Positions 39,963 through 49,900 of a stretch of 64,000 bases of DNA are shown piece after piece. A program made the position numbers and the translations under genes. Source of the stretch: Candidatus Latescibacterota bacterium (GTDB lineage: Bacteria > Latescibacterota > UBA2968 > GCA-2709665); assembly GCA_965222075.1 (NCBI GenBank), contig OZ244937.1, positions 1,760,001-1,824,000 on the forward strand, given 5' to 3'. The notes beneath the pieces are model-generated. The model was not told where the DNA came from. It saw only the letters and a list, made by a program, of their open reading frames with translations, and did not search any database. Positions within the stretch are counted from its first letter, which is position 1. Each line of letters opens with the position of its first letter.

Positions 39963-41441
39963 TTAAATGCCCCGCCGCTTTCTGTAGAGCCAGCGAAAGA
40001 TCGACTTCACCCTCGGCGTCAGGCGTGTCCGGTTGTACTGATCGCCCATTTTGCGCGCCAGTTCGGCAAAGGTTGGATAGGCGTGAACGGTCGAAGCGAT
40101 GGCCCCCAGCCCGATGTCCTGACTCATCGCCAGCACGAACTCGTGCAGCAGGTCGCCTGCATGCTCGGACACCAGGGTGACCCCCAGAATCTTATCGCTG
40201 CCCTTTTCCGTCAGCACCTTTGCAAAGCCCGCCTCCTCGCTCTCCACAATCGCCCGGTCCATATCGTCTAAGGGCTGCGTAAACAGGTCATACGCGATCT
40301 TCTGCTCCCCCGCCTCCGTCTCGCTCAGCCCCACGCGGGCCACCTCGGGCGACGTGTACGTGCACCAGGGCACCACCGAATAGTCCACCTTCTGCCGAAG
40401 CGCCTGAAACGGCATCAAGATGTTCCGGATGACCACCCGGGCCTGCGCATCGGCCATATGCGTAAACTGATACGGCCCAACAACATCCCCCGCAGCGTAA
40501 ATGTGGGGCTGCAACGTCTGCAGGTAGTTGTTCACCTCGATCCCCTGCGTGTTGAACCTCACACCCGCCGCGTCCAAGTTGAGCGGCTCCACGTTCGGAA
40601 TACGCCCTGCGGCGATCAGCAACGCCTGGGCCTGAAGCGGCAGCGTCTCGCCTTCACCGTTCCCCGGCGTCTTTTGCAGCACCTCCAGGTGGACGTGCCC
40701 GTCCCGCACCTGCGCCCGTTTTGCCGCGGCCCCGGTGAGTACCCGAATCCCCTCGGCCTCGAGCTGCTTCCGCATAAACGCGGCCACATCGGGATCTTCC
40801 TTCACCATAATCCGGGGCAGAAACTCGACCACCGTAACCCGAACACCGAGGCGACTGAGCGCCTGGCTCAACTCGCATCCAATCGGCCCCCCGCCGATGA
40901 CGACCATGCTCTGGGGCTTCTCATTGAGATGGTCGAAAATTGTCTCATTCGTGAAATAGGGCACCCCATCGATCCCCTCGATTGGCGGGATGCCCGCCCG
41001 ACGGCCCGTGGCAATCACAAAATGTTTCGCCTGCAGGGTCGTATCGCCGTTGATCACCACCGCGTTTGAGGAGGCAAACTGCGCTTCCCCTGAGAAGACA
41101 TCCACCCCCAGCCCCTCGAAACGCTCCCGGGAATCGTTCGGTTCGATCACTGCGCGCCGCTCCCGCATCCGCTCGAACACCCGGGTAAACTCAAACTGTG
41201 GTTCCTGCGGCTCCAAGCCCCACTTCCGGCCCTGCCGGATGTGCTCGATTGCCCGGGCGGAGGAGATCAGCGCCTTGCTGGGCACGCAGCCGTAGTTGAG
41301 ACAATCGCCGCCCATCTTGTGGCGCTCGATAAGCGCCACGCGCCCGCCCAGTCCGGCGGTGCCCGCTGCGGTCACCAGCCCGGCCGTACCCGCCCCGATC
41401 ACCACGACATTGTAAGTCCCTTTCCCTTTTTCTTCCGCCAT
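39963..41441 (-). CDS. Flavin-disulfide oxidoreductase (mercuric reductase/dihydrolipoamide dehydrogenase-like)
   Basis: GAGTAG, GGDCLNYGCVPSK, GGGPIGCE, YAAGDV, HAYPTFAE; no C-terminal Cys-Cys. Confidence 0.9.
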   Translation of the reverse strand: MAEEKGKGTYNVVVIGAGTAGLVTAAGTAGLGGRVALIERHKMGGDCLNYGCVPSKALISSARAIEHIRQGRKWGLEPQEPQFEFTRVFERMRERRAVIEPNDSRERFEGLGVDVFSGEAQFASSNAVVINGDTTLQAKHFVIATGRRAGIPPIEGIDGVPYFTNETIFDHLNEKPQSMVVIGGGPIGCELSQALSRLGVRVTVVEFLPRIMVKEDPDVAAFMRKQLEAEGIRVLTGAAAKRAQVRDGHVHLEVLQKTPGNGEGETLPLQAQALLIAAGRIPNVEPLNLDAAGVRFNTQGIEVNNYLQTLQPHIYAAGDVVGPYQFTHMADAQARVVIRNILMPFQALRQKVDYSVVPWCTYTSPEVARVGLSETEAGEQKIAYDLFTQPLDDMDRAIVESEEAGFAKVLTEKGSDKILGVTLVSEHAGDLLHEFVLAMSQDIGLGAIASTVHAYPTFAELARKMGDQYNRTRLTPRVKSIFRWLYRKRRGI

Positions 41442-41515
41442 CCCCGATCCCCCTTCCCCTGAAAAGATGCGGTCCTCCCACATTCCCTGACCCTCACCCC
41501 GCAAAAGGACTGAAG

Positions 41516-41531
41516 GCAATCGGTGTGCCAG
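41516..41531 (-). promoter_or_regulatory. Sigma54 -24/-12 promoter
   Basis: CTGGCAC-ACCGA-TTGC matches TGGCAC-N5-TTGC exactly, ~75 bp upstream of the 41441 start. Confidence 0.8.
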
Positions 41532-41681
41532 CGGGCCTGAGGCCCCATCCCCCAAACAAAAAAATCTGTAACATCAACTATAACAGCATCCTGTACCAAA
41601 AGACCGCCAGGCTCCTTCGTCCTCCTCCCGTCCGCTACTCTCATGCAATCGAAAGACTACTGTCCGGTAAGAAGCTGATAT

Positions 41682-41840
41682 TCACACCAGCCCGGTAAAC
41701 CCCGCTCCTTCCGTCCCCCCGCTGACCACAGAGTATTCCCCCTTCACCAGAGCTTCGTTCGGCTTCAGGGCCTCGTCAATCTCATGCGCCTGCAGCTCAA
41801 TCCGTCCCGGCTCCACCACAACCAGTTGTTTCGACCTCAT
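41682..41840 (-). pseudogene. Truncated zinc-binding (MDR) dehydrogenase, N-terminal 52 aa
   Basis: MRSKQLVVVEPGRIELQAHEIDEALKPNEALVKGEYSVVSGGTE...stop; RBS GAGG; follows the GH88 gene. Confidence 0.7.
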
Positions 41841-41847
41841 CGGCACC

Positions 41848-43221
41848 TCATGCCTGATCAAAAAACGTCATATATGGCTTCCCGTCCATCTCCCGCATCA
41901 AAAGCAGCGCCAGCTCCATTGCATGGTAGTCCCCCCACATGGACGACTCTCCGTTGGGCACCCCCTGCCCCGGCTGCACGTGATCCCACCCGTTCGGACG
42001 GTGGTAAATCGAATGCAGGATCAACCCCTGGTGCCCTTCGTCCTTCGAGAGGTAGGGCGGCGCAAACAGCGTATCGGCAACCATCAGCGCGGCCTGCCGA
42101 TACCGGGCCCCTTCCTCGCCCCCCAGGTATTTCCCCAGGCGGTAGAGCCCCTGCCCCGCAATCGCCGCGGCCGAACTGTCCACCGGCTCATAGGTGTTGT
42201 ACGGATCGGCAGGCCGCCCCTGCCAATCTCCCATTTGCGCCAGGCCCGGCGCTCCCGTATCCCAATAGGGGATGCCGTCTGCCGCAGCCGCCTGGTCAAT
42301 GTAGAAATCCGCTGTCGCCCGGGCGGCCTTCAGCATAAACGCTCTGATCCCCGCCCGCCCCCCGTAAATGTCCAGCTCCGCATCGGACAGAACCTCTAAG
42401 AACTCCAGCAACTCGGCATACCCCGTCACCATCCATGCCAGCCCCCGCGTCCACGTCGAAAACGGAGAATATCCCTGCTGCGTGCTGGGACATCGATAGT
42501 TGCCGTCGTTCAAATTGAAAATCGACTCGTGCACCACCCGCCCCCGCACATCGTACGCGTCCCGTCCCTCTCCGTAATAGACGTTAAACCGGGCCGTCGT
42601 ATCTGCATGGTGGACCAGGCGTTCCAGCAGAGAAATCACACGGTCGTTCTCCCCCATCAGCACGTGCCCAAGCTGGTGCCCCACCCCCAGCGCCCGACAG
42701 GACCGGATCGTATCGGAAAACAGCGAGTGCGGCCCGTTAAACGAAGGAATGTAGCCCTTCCCGTTTTTGATCGCAGTCCAGCGGGCCGCCTGCACCGCCC
42801 CGGAGGCCTTCAGCCCCAACTCGTAAAAATGGCGCTCCCAGGCATCTTCCCGGATCGCCCCCTCCCGCATCAGCCGCCGCAAATTTCCGTAAGTGGACAC
42901 ATTGTTGAACCCGTGGTCGTGCACGCCCACGTGGGTCAGGTGTGAGGCCATCCGTTCCAGCGTCCCCTTCCGGCCGATTGCCAAAAACTGCTCGTCCCCC
43001 GACACCTCAAACTGCAAAATCGAGCACCCGAACCGGAACCCCTGCGTCCACTCGGTCCAGCCCCGGGTCGTATAGGTCCCCCCAACCGTAAACACCGGCG
43101 TCCCCCGGCTTGCATCCCACGAGGCCTCAATCGAGAGAACCTTCTTCCCCGCCAGATCAAAGAGGTCGTCCAGCTTCCTCTTCAAATCGCCGATCCGGAT
43201 CGCTTCATTCACCTGCATCAC
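41848..43221 (-). CDS. Glycoside hydrolase family 88-like (unsaturated glucuronyl hydrolase)
   Basis: WTEWTQGF, HDHGF, STWTRGLAW, PYWD, DSSAAAIAG, MWGDY. Confidence 0.85.
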   Translation of the reverse strand: MMQVNEAIRIGDLKRKLDDLFDLAGKKVLSIEASWDASRGTPVFTVGGTYTTRGWTEWTQGFRFGCSILQFEVSGDEQFLAIGRKGTLERMASHLTHVGVHDHGFNNVSTYGNLRRLMREGAIREDAWERHFYELGLKASGAVQAARWTAIKNGKGYIPSFNGPHSLFSDTIRSCRALGVGHQLGHVLMGENDRVISLLERLVHHADTTARFNVYYGEGRDAYDVRGRVVHESIFNLNDGNYRCPSTQQGYSPFSTWTRGLAWMVTGYAELLEFLEVLSDAELDIYGGRAGIRAFMLKAARATADFYIDQAAAADGIPYWDTGAPGLAQMGDWQGRPADPYNTYEPVDSSAAAIAGQGLYRLGKYLGGEEGARYRQAALMVADTLFAPPYLSKDEGHQGLILHSIYHRPNGWDHVQPGQGVPNGESSMWGDYHAMELALLLMREMDGKPYMTFFDQA

Positions 43222-43292
43222 GATGCTTCCCCAAAAACAGTTCCAGGGTGCAGGTTAGCGTCAGATATACGGAAAACCAGGAACCCGGAACT

Positions 43293-44087
43293 TTAAATTT
43301 CAACCACCTGCCCATCATAAGCCAGTGCAACGTTGTCGGGCAGATCGATGCCCTGTTCCGCGCACTGTTCCGGAAAGGTGCGGTGGTCCAGCCGGTGCAT
43401 AATATGTGTCAGATACGTCTGCCTGGGTCCCAGCCGGTCTGATATTTCTACAGCCTCCCCCACCGAAAGGTGTGTGGGGTGCCGTGGATTAAAACTGAGA
43501 CCGTCGATAATCAGCACCTCCACCCCCTGCAGCAGGTCCAGGGAAGACGCCGGCATTTGCTTCACATCGGGCACATATCCCAAAACGCCAATGCGGTACC
43601 CGTATGTGGTGACCGCCCCGTGCGCCACGGGAATCGGGAGGCACTCGACACTGTAGACCTCAAAACAGGAAGACACCGCCTGCGGGATCAGGTGGGCCAC
43701 GCCGCCGCCCCGGTAGGCCTCCCTGGAAAACATATAGTCGTAATTCTTCCGGAGCACACGCATCGTCTCTTCGGGGCCGTAGATCGGCATGTCCATCTCC
43801 TGCTTCCGGCAGGGCATCACCAGGTCGTTCGTCCCGCTGATGTGGTCCGCGTGGCAGTGGGTGTAAACCACCGCATCGATCCGGTCCACGCCGTTCCGGT
43901 CGATCTGGTCTAAGAAATTCGGCCCCGTATCCACCTGCAGGTGCGCCCCATCCGTCTCAATATGAATCGACGGCCGGGTGCGGTTATTTTTTGACCCTGG
44001 CTGCCGCGCGTCTTGACATGTCTCGCAGACACACCGGTACTCCGGCACACCAGTGGATGTCCCGGAGCCGAGAACGGTGAGTTTCAT
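43293..44087 (-). CDS. MBL-fold metallo-hydrolase (PhnP-like phosphodiesterase)
   Basis: LGSGTSTGVP, C.C..C, VDTGP, THCHADH, HPTHLS, YLTH, LAYDG. Confidence 0.9.
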   Translation of the reverse strand: MKLTVLGSGTSTGVPEYRCVCETCQDARQPGSKNNRTRPSIHIETDGAHLQVDTGPNFLDQIDRNGVDRIDAVVYTHCHADHISGTNDLVMPCRKQEMDMPIYGPEETMRVLRKNYDYMFSREAYRGGGVAHLIPQAVSSCFEVYSVECLPIPVAHGAVTTYGYRIGVLGYVPDVKQMPASSLDLLQGVEVLIIDGLSFNPRHPTHLSVGEAVEISDRLGPRQTYLTHIMHRLDHRTFPEQCAEQGIDLPDNVALAYDGQVVEI

Positions 44088-45058
44088 ACCTTCCCCTTGA
44101 CCCCCTCTGCAATCGCCTCGCACATCTCCATCGTCTTCACCAGATCCTCCAAGCTGCTCCAGGGCGTTTGATCCTCGCGGATGCACGTCACAAAATGCCT
44201 CGTCTCATTGAAATCCGGCCCGCCCACCGCATCTAAGTCCAGAAGGCCCTCCCGGGGTTTTCCATCGGCGTAAAGCTCATACTTCGGCTCGCCCGTCAGA
44301 TCCAGGTACGCCGAAAAATCCTCCGCGTGGACCTCCGCCCGCTGAATCCGGAACCCCACGCCGTAGTGGCTCATCATCACACCCCGGCAGCCGGTCTCAA
44401 ACAGGACCGTCGCATCATACCGAACACTACCCGGCCGCTCCCCCTGCCACGACTCCGCATACACCTCCGTCGGGTCCGCTGCCGTTTCCAGGGCCGGCCC
44501 CGCCAGCCACCGCAGCAGGTCCACGTGGTGGATGGCGTCACAGATGATCGGGGCCGGGGCAATCCCCGCCATCTCCGGTGTTCCCAGGCTTGTCAGCGGC
44601 TTGTTGTACGTGGCCGCCACGTGGACCGCGCCTCCACGCTCCAGAATCAACCGCTTCGTCGCCAGCACCTCGGGCTTGTACCGGCGGTTCACCGAGACAA
44701 TCGCCTTTCCCCGGCTCCGCGCCGAAGCCTCCAGCATCTGCCTGGCATCCTGCGAGGACATCCCCACCGGCTTCTCGATCGAGATGTGCAGCCCCCGCTC
44801 CAGACAGTCCAGCACGATGGGGGTCAGATGCCCCGGCATCGTCACGGCGTAGACCATGTCCAGATCACAGGTGTCGAGCATCTCCCGGTAATCTGTGAAC
44901 CCGTGCTTCGGACCGTGTGCCTCCCGGGCCTTTGCCAGGCGGGCGGGGTCAATCTCCGCCACCGCCACCAGCTCCATCTCCGGCTCGGCCGCGATCATGG
45001 CAAAATGGCTCTGTGCATGGCCCCCCGCTCCAATCATCCCAACGCGCAACCGCTCCAT
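44084..45058 (-). CDS. Gfo/Idh/MocA family oxidoreductase
   Basis: GMIGAGG, IEKP, NRRY, DAIHHVD. Confidence 0.88.
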   Translation of the reverse strand: MERLRVGMIGAGGHAQSHFAMIAAEPEMELVAVAEIDPARLAKAREAHGPKHGFTDYREMLDTCDLDMVYAVTMPGHLTPIVLDCLERGLHISIEKPVGMSSQDARQMLEASARSRGKAIVSVNRRYKPEVLATKRLILERGGAVHVAATYNKPLTSLGTPEMAGIAPAPIICDAIHHVDLLRWLAGPALETAADPTEVYAESWQGERPGSVRYDATVLFETGCRGVMMSHYGVGFRIQRAEVHAEDFSAYLDLTGEPKYELYADGKPREGLLDLDAVGGPDFNETRHFVTCIREDQTPWSSLEDLVKTMEMCEAIAEGVKGKV

Positions 45059-45286
45059 GGCATCCCTCCAAAAGCGTTAAGTCTGCCGGGTCTTCTCGGC
45101 GTCGTTTTCCCGGCGCCCCCGATATGTTCCACCATCGTTCTCATAAACCCTCAACCGGAGTCCCTCATCCCCTCCTGCCAAAAATCACACCCGAAAGATA
45201 TCTATGCCCGCCTGGTATGTCCAGCAGATTTCTAAGCCAGGCCCAAAGGCCTGGACAAACCGGAACGGAAAGGCGAACAATCATAC

Positions 45287-45315
45287 TTGATATTTGTCCG
45301 ATTTTGGTCTAAATT
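45287..45315 (+). promoter_or_regulatory. Putative sigma70-type promoter
   Basis: TTGATA-17 bp-TAAATT upstream of the ABC operon. Confidence 0.5.
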
Positions 45316-45386
45316 ATGGTTCAATTCAGGCAACACCCAGGTTACCCCATTCTATTTGTGTCCATCCATGTCCGGTTGTTTTTTCG

Positions 45387-46133
45387 ATGATCAAAGTCGA
45401 ATCCGTCACCAAAACCTACGGCAATATTACAGCCGTCCAGACCGTCAGCTTCACCCTCAAACCGGACGAAATCGTCGGCTTTGTGGGCCCCAACGGCGCA
45501 GGCAAGAGCACCGTTCTCAAGATGCTCTCCACCTTTATCTACCCCACCAAAGGCACTATCACCGTCGACGGTTTAGACGTGGTAGAACACGCCCTTGCCG
45601 TGCGCCGCAGAATCGGCTACCTCTCCGGCGACACCCCGCTCTACCAGGGCATGCGGGTGGACAAATTCCTCCGGTTTATCGGGCAGGCCCGCGGCCTTTG
45701 CGGTAAGCTGTTGAAAAAGCAGTTCGACTGGGTCGTAGACGTCTGCGGCATCGAGGAAGTCCTCTTCAAACGTGTCAACCAGTGCTCCACCGGCTTCCGC
45801 CAGCGCATCGGACTGGCCACCGCCCTCATCCACGATCCCCCTATTCTCCTGCTTGATGAACCCACCCACGGCTTCGACCCGCTCCAGGTGCTCGTCTTCC
45901 GCGACATGTTGCGCAGCCTCAGCCCCAACCGCGTCACCCTCTTCAGCACCCACATCATCCAGGAGGTGGCCGCCATCGGCGACCGGGTGATGCTCATCAA
46001 CAACGGCCGCCTGCTCGCGGACGACCAGCCGGAGGGTCTGGCGGAAAAAACCGGCCTGTCGGCCGACAACCTGGAAGGCATCTTCGCCCATCTCGTGCGG
46101 CAATCGGAGCAAACGGAGGCACCCCGTGCCTGA
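45387..46133 (+). CDS. ABC transporter ATP-binding protein (GldA-like)
   Basis: GPNGAGKST, STGFRQR, LLDEPT, STH. Confidence 0.9.
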   Translation: MIKVESVTKTYGNITAVQTVSFTLKPDEIVGFVGPNGAGKSTVLKMLSTFIYPTKGTITVDGLDVVEHALAVRRRIGYLSGDTPLYQGMRVDKFLRFIGQARGLCGKLLKKQFDWVVDVCGIEEVLFKRVNQCSTGFRQRIGLATALIHDPPILLLDEPTHGFDPLQVLVFRDMLRSLSPNRVTLFSTHIIQEVAAIGDRVMLINNGRLLADDQPEGLAEKTGLSADNLEGIFAHLVRQSEQTEAPRA

Positions 46134-46893
46134 CCTGGACCGCCTGTCCCTGAAGGAACTCATCCACGGCGTCCGGGTCGTTACTGCGCGGGAGTTGGAA
46201 GCCTATTTCGATGCGCCCATCGCCTACATCTATGCCACCGTCTTCTCAGTCCTCTCCTGCTCGGCCTTCATGAACGCCTTCTTCCTCAACGGCTTCATTG
46301 ACATGGCCCCCTACTTCGACCTCCTCCCCTTCCTCCTCATCCCATTCGTCCCTGCCATCACCATGCGCATCTGGGCGGAGGAACGGGCGCACAATACCTT
46401 CGAACTGTTGATGACCCTGCCCATGCAGCCCTTCCAGATCGTCCTGGGAAAATACCTGGCTGCCCTCTGCTTCTACCTCATCGTGCTCTCAGGCAGTCTG
46501 CCCATTACCGCCATGCTTCTCTACCTGGGCGATCCGGACCTGGGGCTCATCCTGGCCAGCTACGCAGGCGCCGTCCTCTTAGGCGCGTTCTTTCTCGCCT
46601 CCGGCCTCTTCGTCTCAGGCCTCACCCGGGACCAGATCGTCGCCTTCGCCCTGGGCGCCCTGCTCTGCTTCCTCTTCGTCTTCAGCGGCCACGAAAAGGT
46701 CGTCGAAGTCCTGGACGGCCTCGCCCCAACCCGGCAGATCGGCACAACCCTCTATGAATCCGTCTCCGTTATGCCCCACTACGAGGCCTTCTGCCGTGGC
46801 CTCATCGGCCTGCCCCACACCCTCTACTTTGTGTTGATGAGCGCCTTCTTCATCTGGATGAACGAGAGGACGCTGAAACAGAGCAAATACTGA
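46126..46893 (+). CDS. ABC-2 type permease (GldF-like)
   Basis: RELEAYFDAPIAY, PAITMRIWAEER..TFELLMTLP, LGKYLA, TRDQIVA. Confidence 0.88.
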   Translation: MPDLDRLSLKELIHGVRVVTARELEAYFDAPIAYIYATVFSVLSCSAFMNAFFLNGFIDMAPYFDLLPFLLIPFVPAITMRIWAEERAHNTFELLMTLPMQPFQIVLGKYLAALCFYLIVLSGSLPITAMLLYLGDPDLGLILASYAGAVLLGAFFLASGLFVSGLTRDQIVAFALGALLCFLFVFSGHEKVVEVLDGLAPTRQIGTTLYESVSVMPHYEAFCRGLIGLPHTLYFVLMSAFFIWMNERTLKQSKY

Positions 46894-46908
46894 AAACACG
46901 AGGGGTGC

Positions 46909-49900
46909 ATGACCCCCAGACCAGACCGCCGCTTCCTGTTCAAAACAGCCCTGCTTTTCCTCCTGCTCCTGTTCGTCGTCGTCCACGCCGGCCGCATCCT
47001 CACCCGCCTGGGCGGTCGGGAGACCGCCTTCCTCTCCCCCCGGACCGAAGCCTTCCTCTCACAGCTTCAGGCGCCGCTCTCGGCCACCTACTTCGTCTCG
47101 GCCAGGGGAAAAATGCCCTCCCACCTCAAAGGCGTGGAGGCCTCGGTCCGGGGTCTGCTGGAAGCGCTGAAGGCCCGGGCGCCCGAACGGGTTGACGTGC
47201 GGATCATCGATCCGGAGACGAGCGGACAGTCGGGCATCGCCTATGCCTCACGCAAGAAGGCCTCCCCTTTCAGTGTGCGCAGCATCCACCGGGACGAACA
47301 CAGCGAGCAGGTGGTCTGGTCCTCTCTGGTCCTCTCGTACGCCCGGCATCCGGACATCCTGATCCAGGGCATCACCCCGGCCGACCTGCCCTATCTGGAA
47401 GACCTCATCGTTCAGAACCTGAAGGCCCTGGACAGACCGGTCCGGCCCACAATCGCCGTCTCCGCGCCGCCGCCCTTCCGGCTCCTGTCCGACCACCTCG
47501 AAGAATACGGCCGCGTCGTCCGGATCGACCTCGACCGCATCCCCCGCATCCCCCCCGAAGCCGACATCCTGTTCTGGGTCCAGCCCGCGCGGATTACGCC
47601 CCAACACCTGGGGGAGTTTCAACGGTTCGTGGCTGCCGGCCGTACCGCCGTCCTGGCCGGCAGCGCGTACACCGTGGACTACGAAAAGGGGAACGCCGGT
47701 GAAATCCGTTACCGGACCTACCCCCTGTCCCCGGCCTGGGAAACCCTGCTCTCCCCCCTGGGGCTGCGCCCTCAGCCGGACCTCCTGATGGACAAAAGCA
47801 GCGGCCCCGTCCTCTGGCAGGATGCCCGCGGCACGGTCCACCAGATCGATGCCCCCTTCCACCTCCGCTGCCTGCCGGGGTTCTACACCCTGAAAAACTT
47901 CCTCGCCCCGGCCAGGGGCGCGCTCAACTTCGTTGCGGCCAGCCCCCTGCAGATCAACCCCAAACGGGCCACCGGATTCCAGGTTGAAACCCTGGGCACC
48001 ACCACCGGCGATGCCTGGGTGAGCGCCCTCCCTCACGCACCTTTTACCAGCGCGGCGCTGGCGCTCAAGGTCGGAAAACAGAACCTCATGGTCCTTCTCA
48101 AACCGGAGGATGCCTGGAGGGGCCAGGTTCTCGTCCTGGCCAGTTCCAGCCCCTTCCGGGACGGCATTCTCAACCAGCCCGGGTACGCGCACCGGGTCTT
48201 TCTCCGGACCCTGATGCGCACCTTCACCGACCCCCGGCGTCTGGTGCGTGGGCGCATCGAACGGCCCACGCCGCAGGCCATTCCGCCTCTCAGCGCCCTT
48301 GCACGGTTCACCTGGCGGGTCGTCGTCATCTTTCTGATCCCCTTCGGCCTGCTTGCCCTGGGCATCCGGCGCTACGTTGCGGGAGGCGGATGCCGGACTG
48401 CGCTCGGAGGCATCGGCCGAATACCTGTTCACATCGCCGCCGCCCTGGCGGCCATCTGCCTGGGAACGCTGGTGTGGAAAGGCGGCATCGGCATCGACCT
48501 CACCCGGGATGCGGCCAACACCCCCCTGCCCCAGACGCGCCGGCTCCTGTCCGGGCGCGGTGGAGACCTCCGGGCGGAACTTGTCATGTCCTCCAGAGCC
48601 TCCCTGCCCGCATCCATGAAATCCCTCGAAGCCGCTGTCCGCGCCCGGCTCCGCGACCTCGGCATTCCCTCCCGAACCCTCCGTCCGGAAACGCTCTCCG
48701 AGGCGGACCGGGCATCCCTGAACGCGTCGGGCCTCCGGCCCTTCGAGGTACAAACCGTGCGCAACGACTCGGTCGTCTCCCTGCAGATATGGAGCGGCCT
48801 TCGGCTCTACCGGAGGCAGGAGGTGGCCGTCATCCCCCGACTGGACGCCCACACCCTGGACCACCTCGAATTCCTGCTGGCCGCCGCGGTGCGCCGCATC
48901 CGGACCGGCAGGGCGCCCCACGTGGCCGCCATCGCGGAAACGCCCCGGCTGTCCCCCGCCGAGGCATACACGGACTACGACCAGAAAGGGCTCATCCCCC
49001 CCAAAGGAGCGGATGTCTACAGCGAGGTGAAACAGCTTCTGCGCACCTATGGATACCGGGTCTCCTACATCAATCCGCAGGCCCCCCACCTTCCGGAAGG
49101 CACCGATGTACTCCTCTATCTGCAGCCCCGCCGCGACGCCAGCCGTGCGATCCGCCTGCTGAGCCGGCACCTGACGGCCGGACGCAGCGCGATCGTCGCG
49201 CTCCAGCACTTCAACATCCAGCAACGCCAGTACCCCGGCACCGGGTTCCAGACCGTATACTGGCCCCAGCCCCAGTTCCAGGATCTGGACCGCTACCTGC
49301 GGCTGTTTGGTGTGGAGCAGGTCCGCGAAGTCCTGATGGATCGAACCCGATCCCACCTGAATCTGGAAACGCAGATCAACCGGCGGACGGTCCGGGAGTA
49401 CGAGGGCCAGGAAGTCGCCCTCCCCTTCCTGATCCGGACGGTGAACGTGAACTTCACCCGCGAATCCCCCATCACCCGTCACCTCGGAAGCCAGCTCTTC
49501 ATCTGGGGCAACCGATTCGCCCTGGACGCCTCGCGGCTGGCCGAATTGGACCTGTCAGCCCGGGTGCTGATCGCCACCTCCGATCAGACCTGGTCCTATT
49601 TCTGGAAAGGCGGATGGCTACCCGAGGAAATCTTCGAGCCCCGGAACTATCTACCAGGCCCCCAGCCGCTGTCCGTACTGCTGCACGGCAAATTCCCCCC
49701 GGTCAAACTTCAGGAACGCGCAGGCAGAAAAACGGCGCTGGCGCTCCAGACCGCCGCACCCGTTCAGCCGGAAGGCGCCCTGCTCCTGATCGGCTGTTCG
49801 GAGATGTTCAAAAACGATTACCTCTATGCGCCTGATTTCCAGCACGACCAGTTCCTCCTGAACGCCCTTGCGAATGCGGCCTACGGCCCCGAAATGGCCC

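Noticed and set aside
39963-41441. Mercuric reductase merA
   Set aside because: Lacks the C-terminal Cys-Cys pair and NmerA domain, and no mer genes are nearby; it is a MerA-like disulfide reductase.
43271-43300. Short degenerate 7-9-mer tandem runs (also ~9569-9587, 10207-10228)
   Set aside because: Only 2-3 imperfect units each; too weak to call a feature.
47248-49482. Long alternative ORFs (e.g. 744 aa here; also 24401-26038, 35880-37379, 58362-59903)
   Set aside because: Antisense or frame-shifted shadows of well-supported genes in high-GC DNA, with no recognisable motifs.
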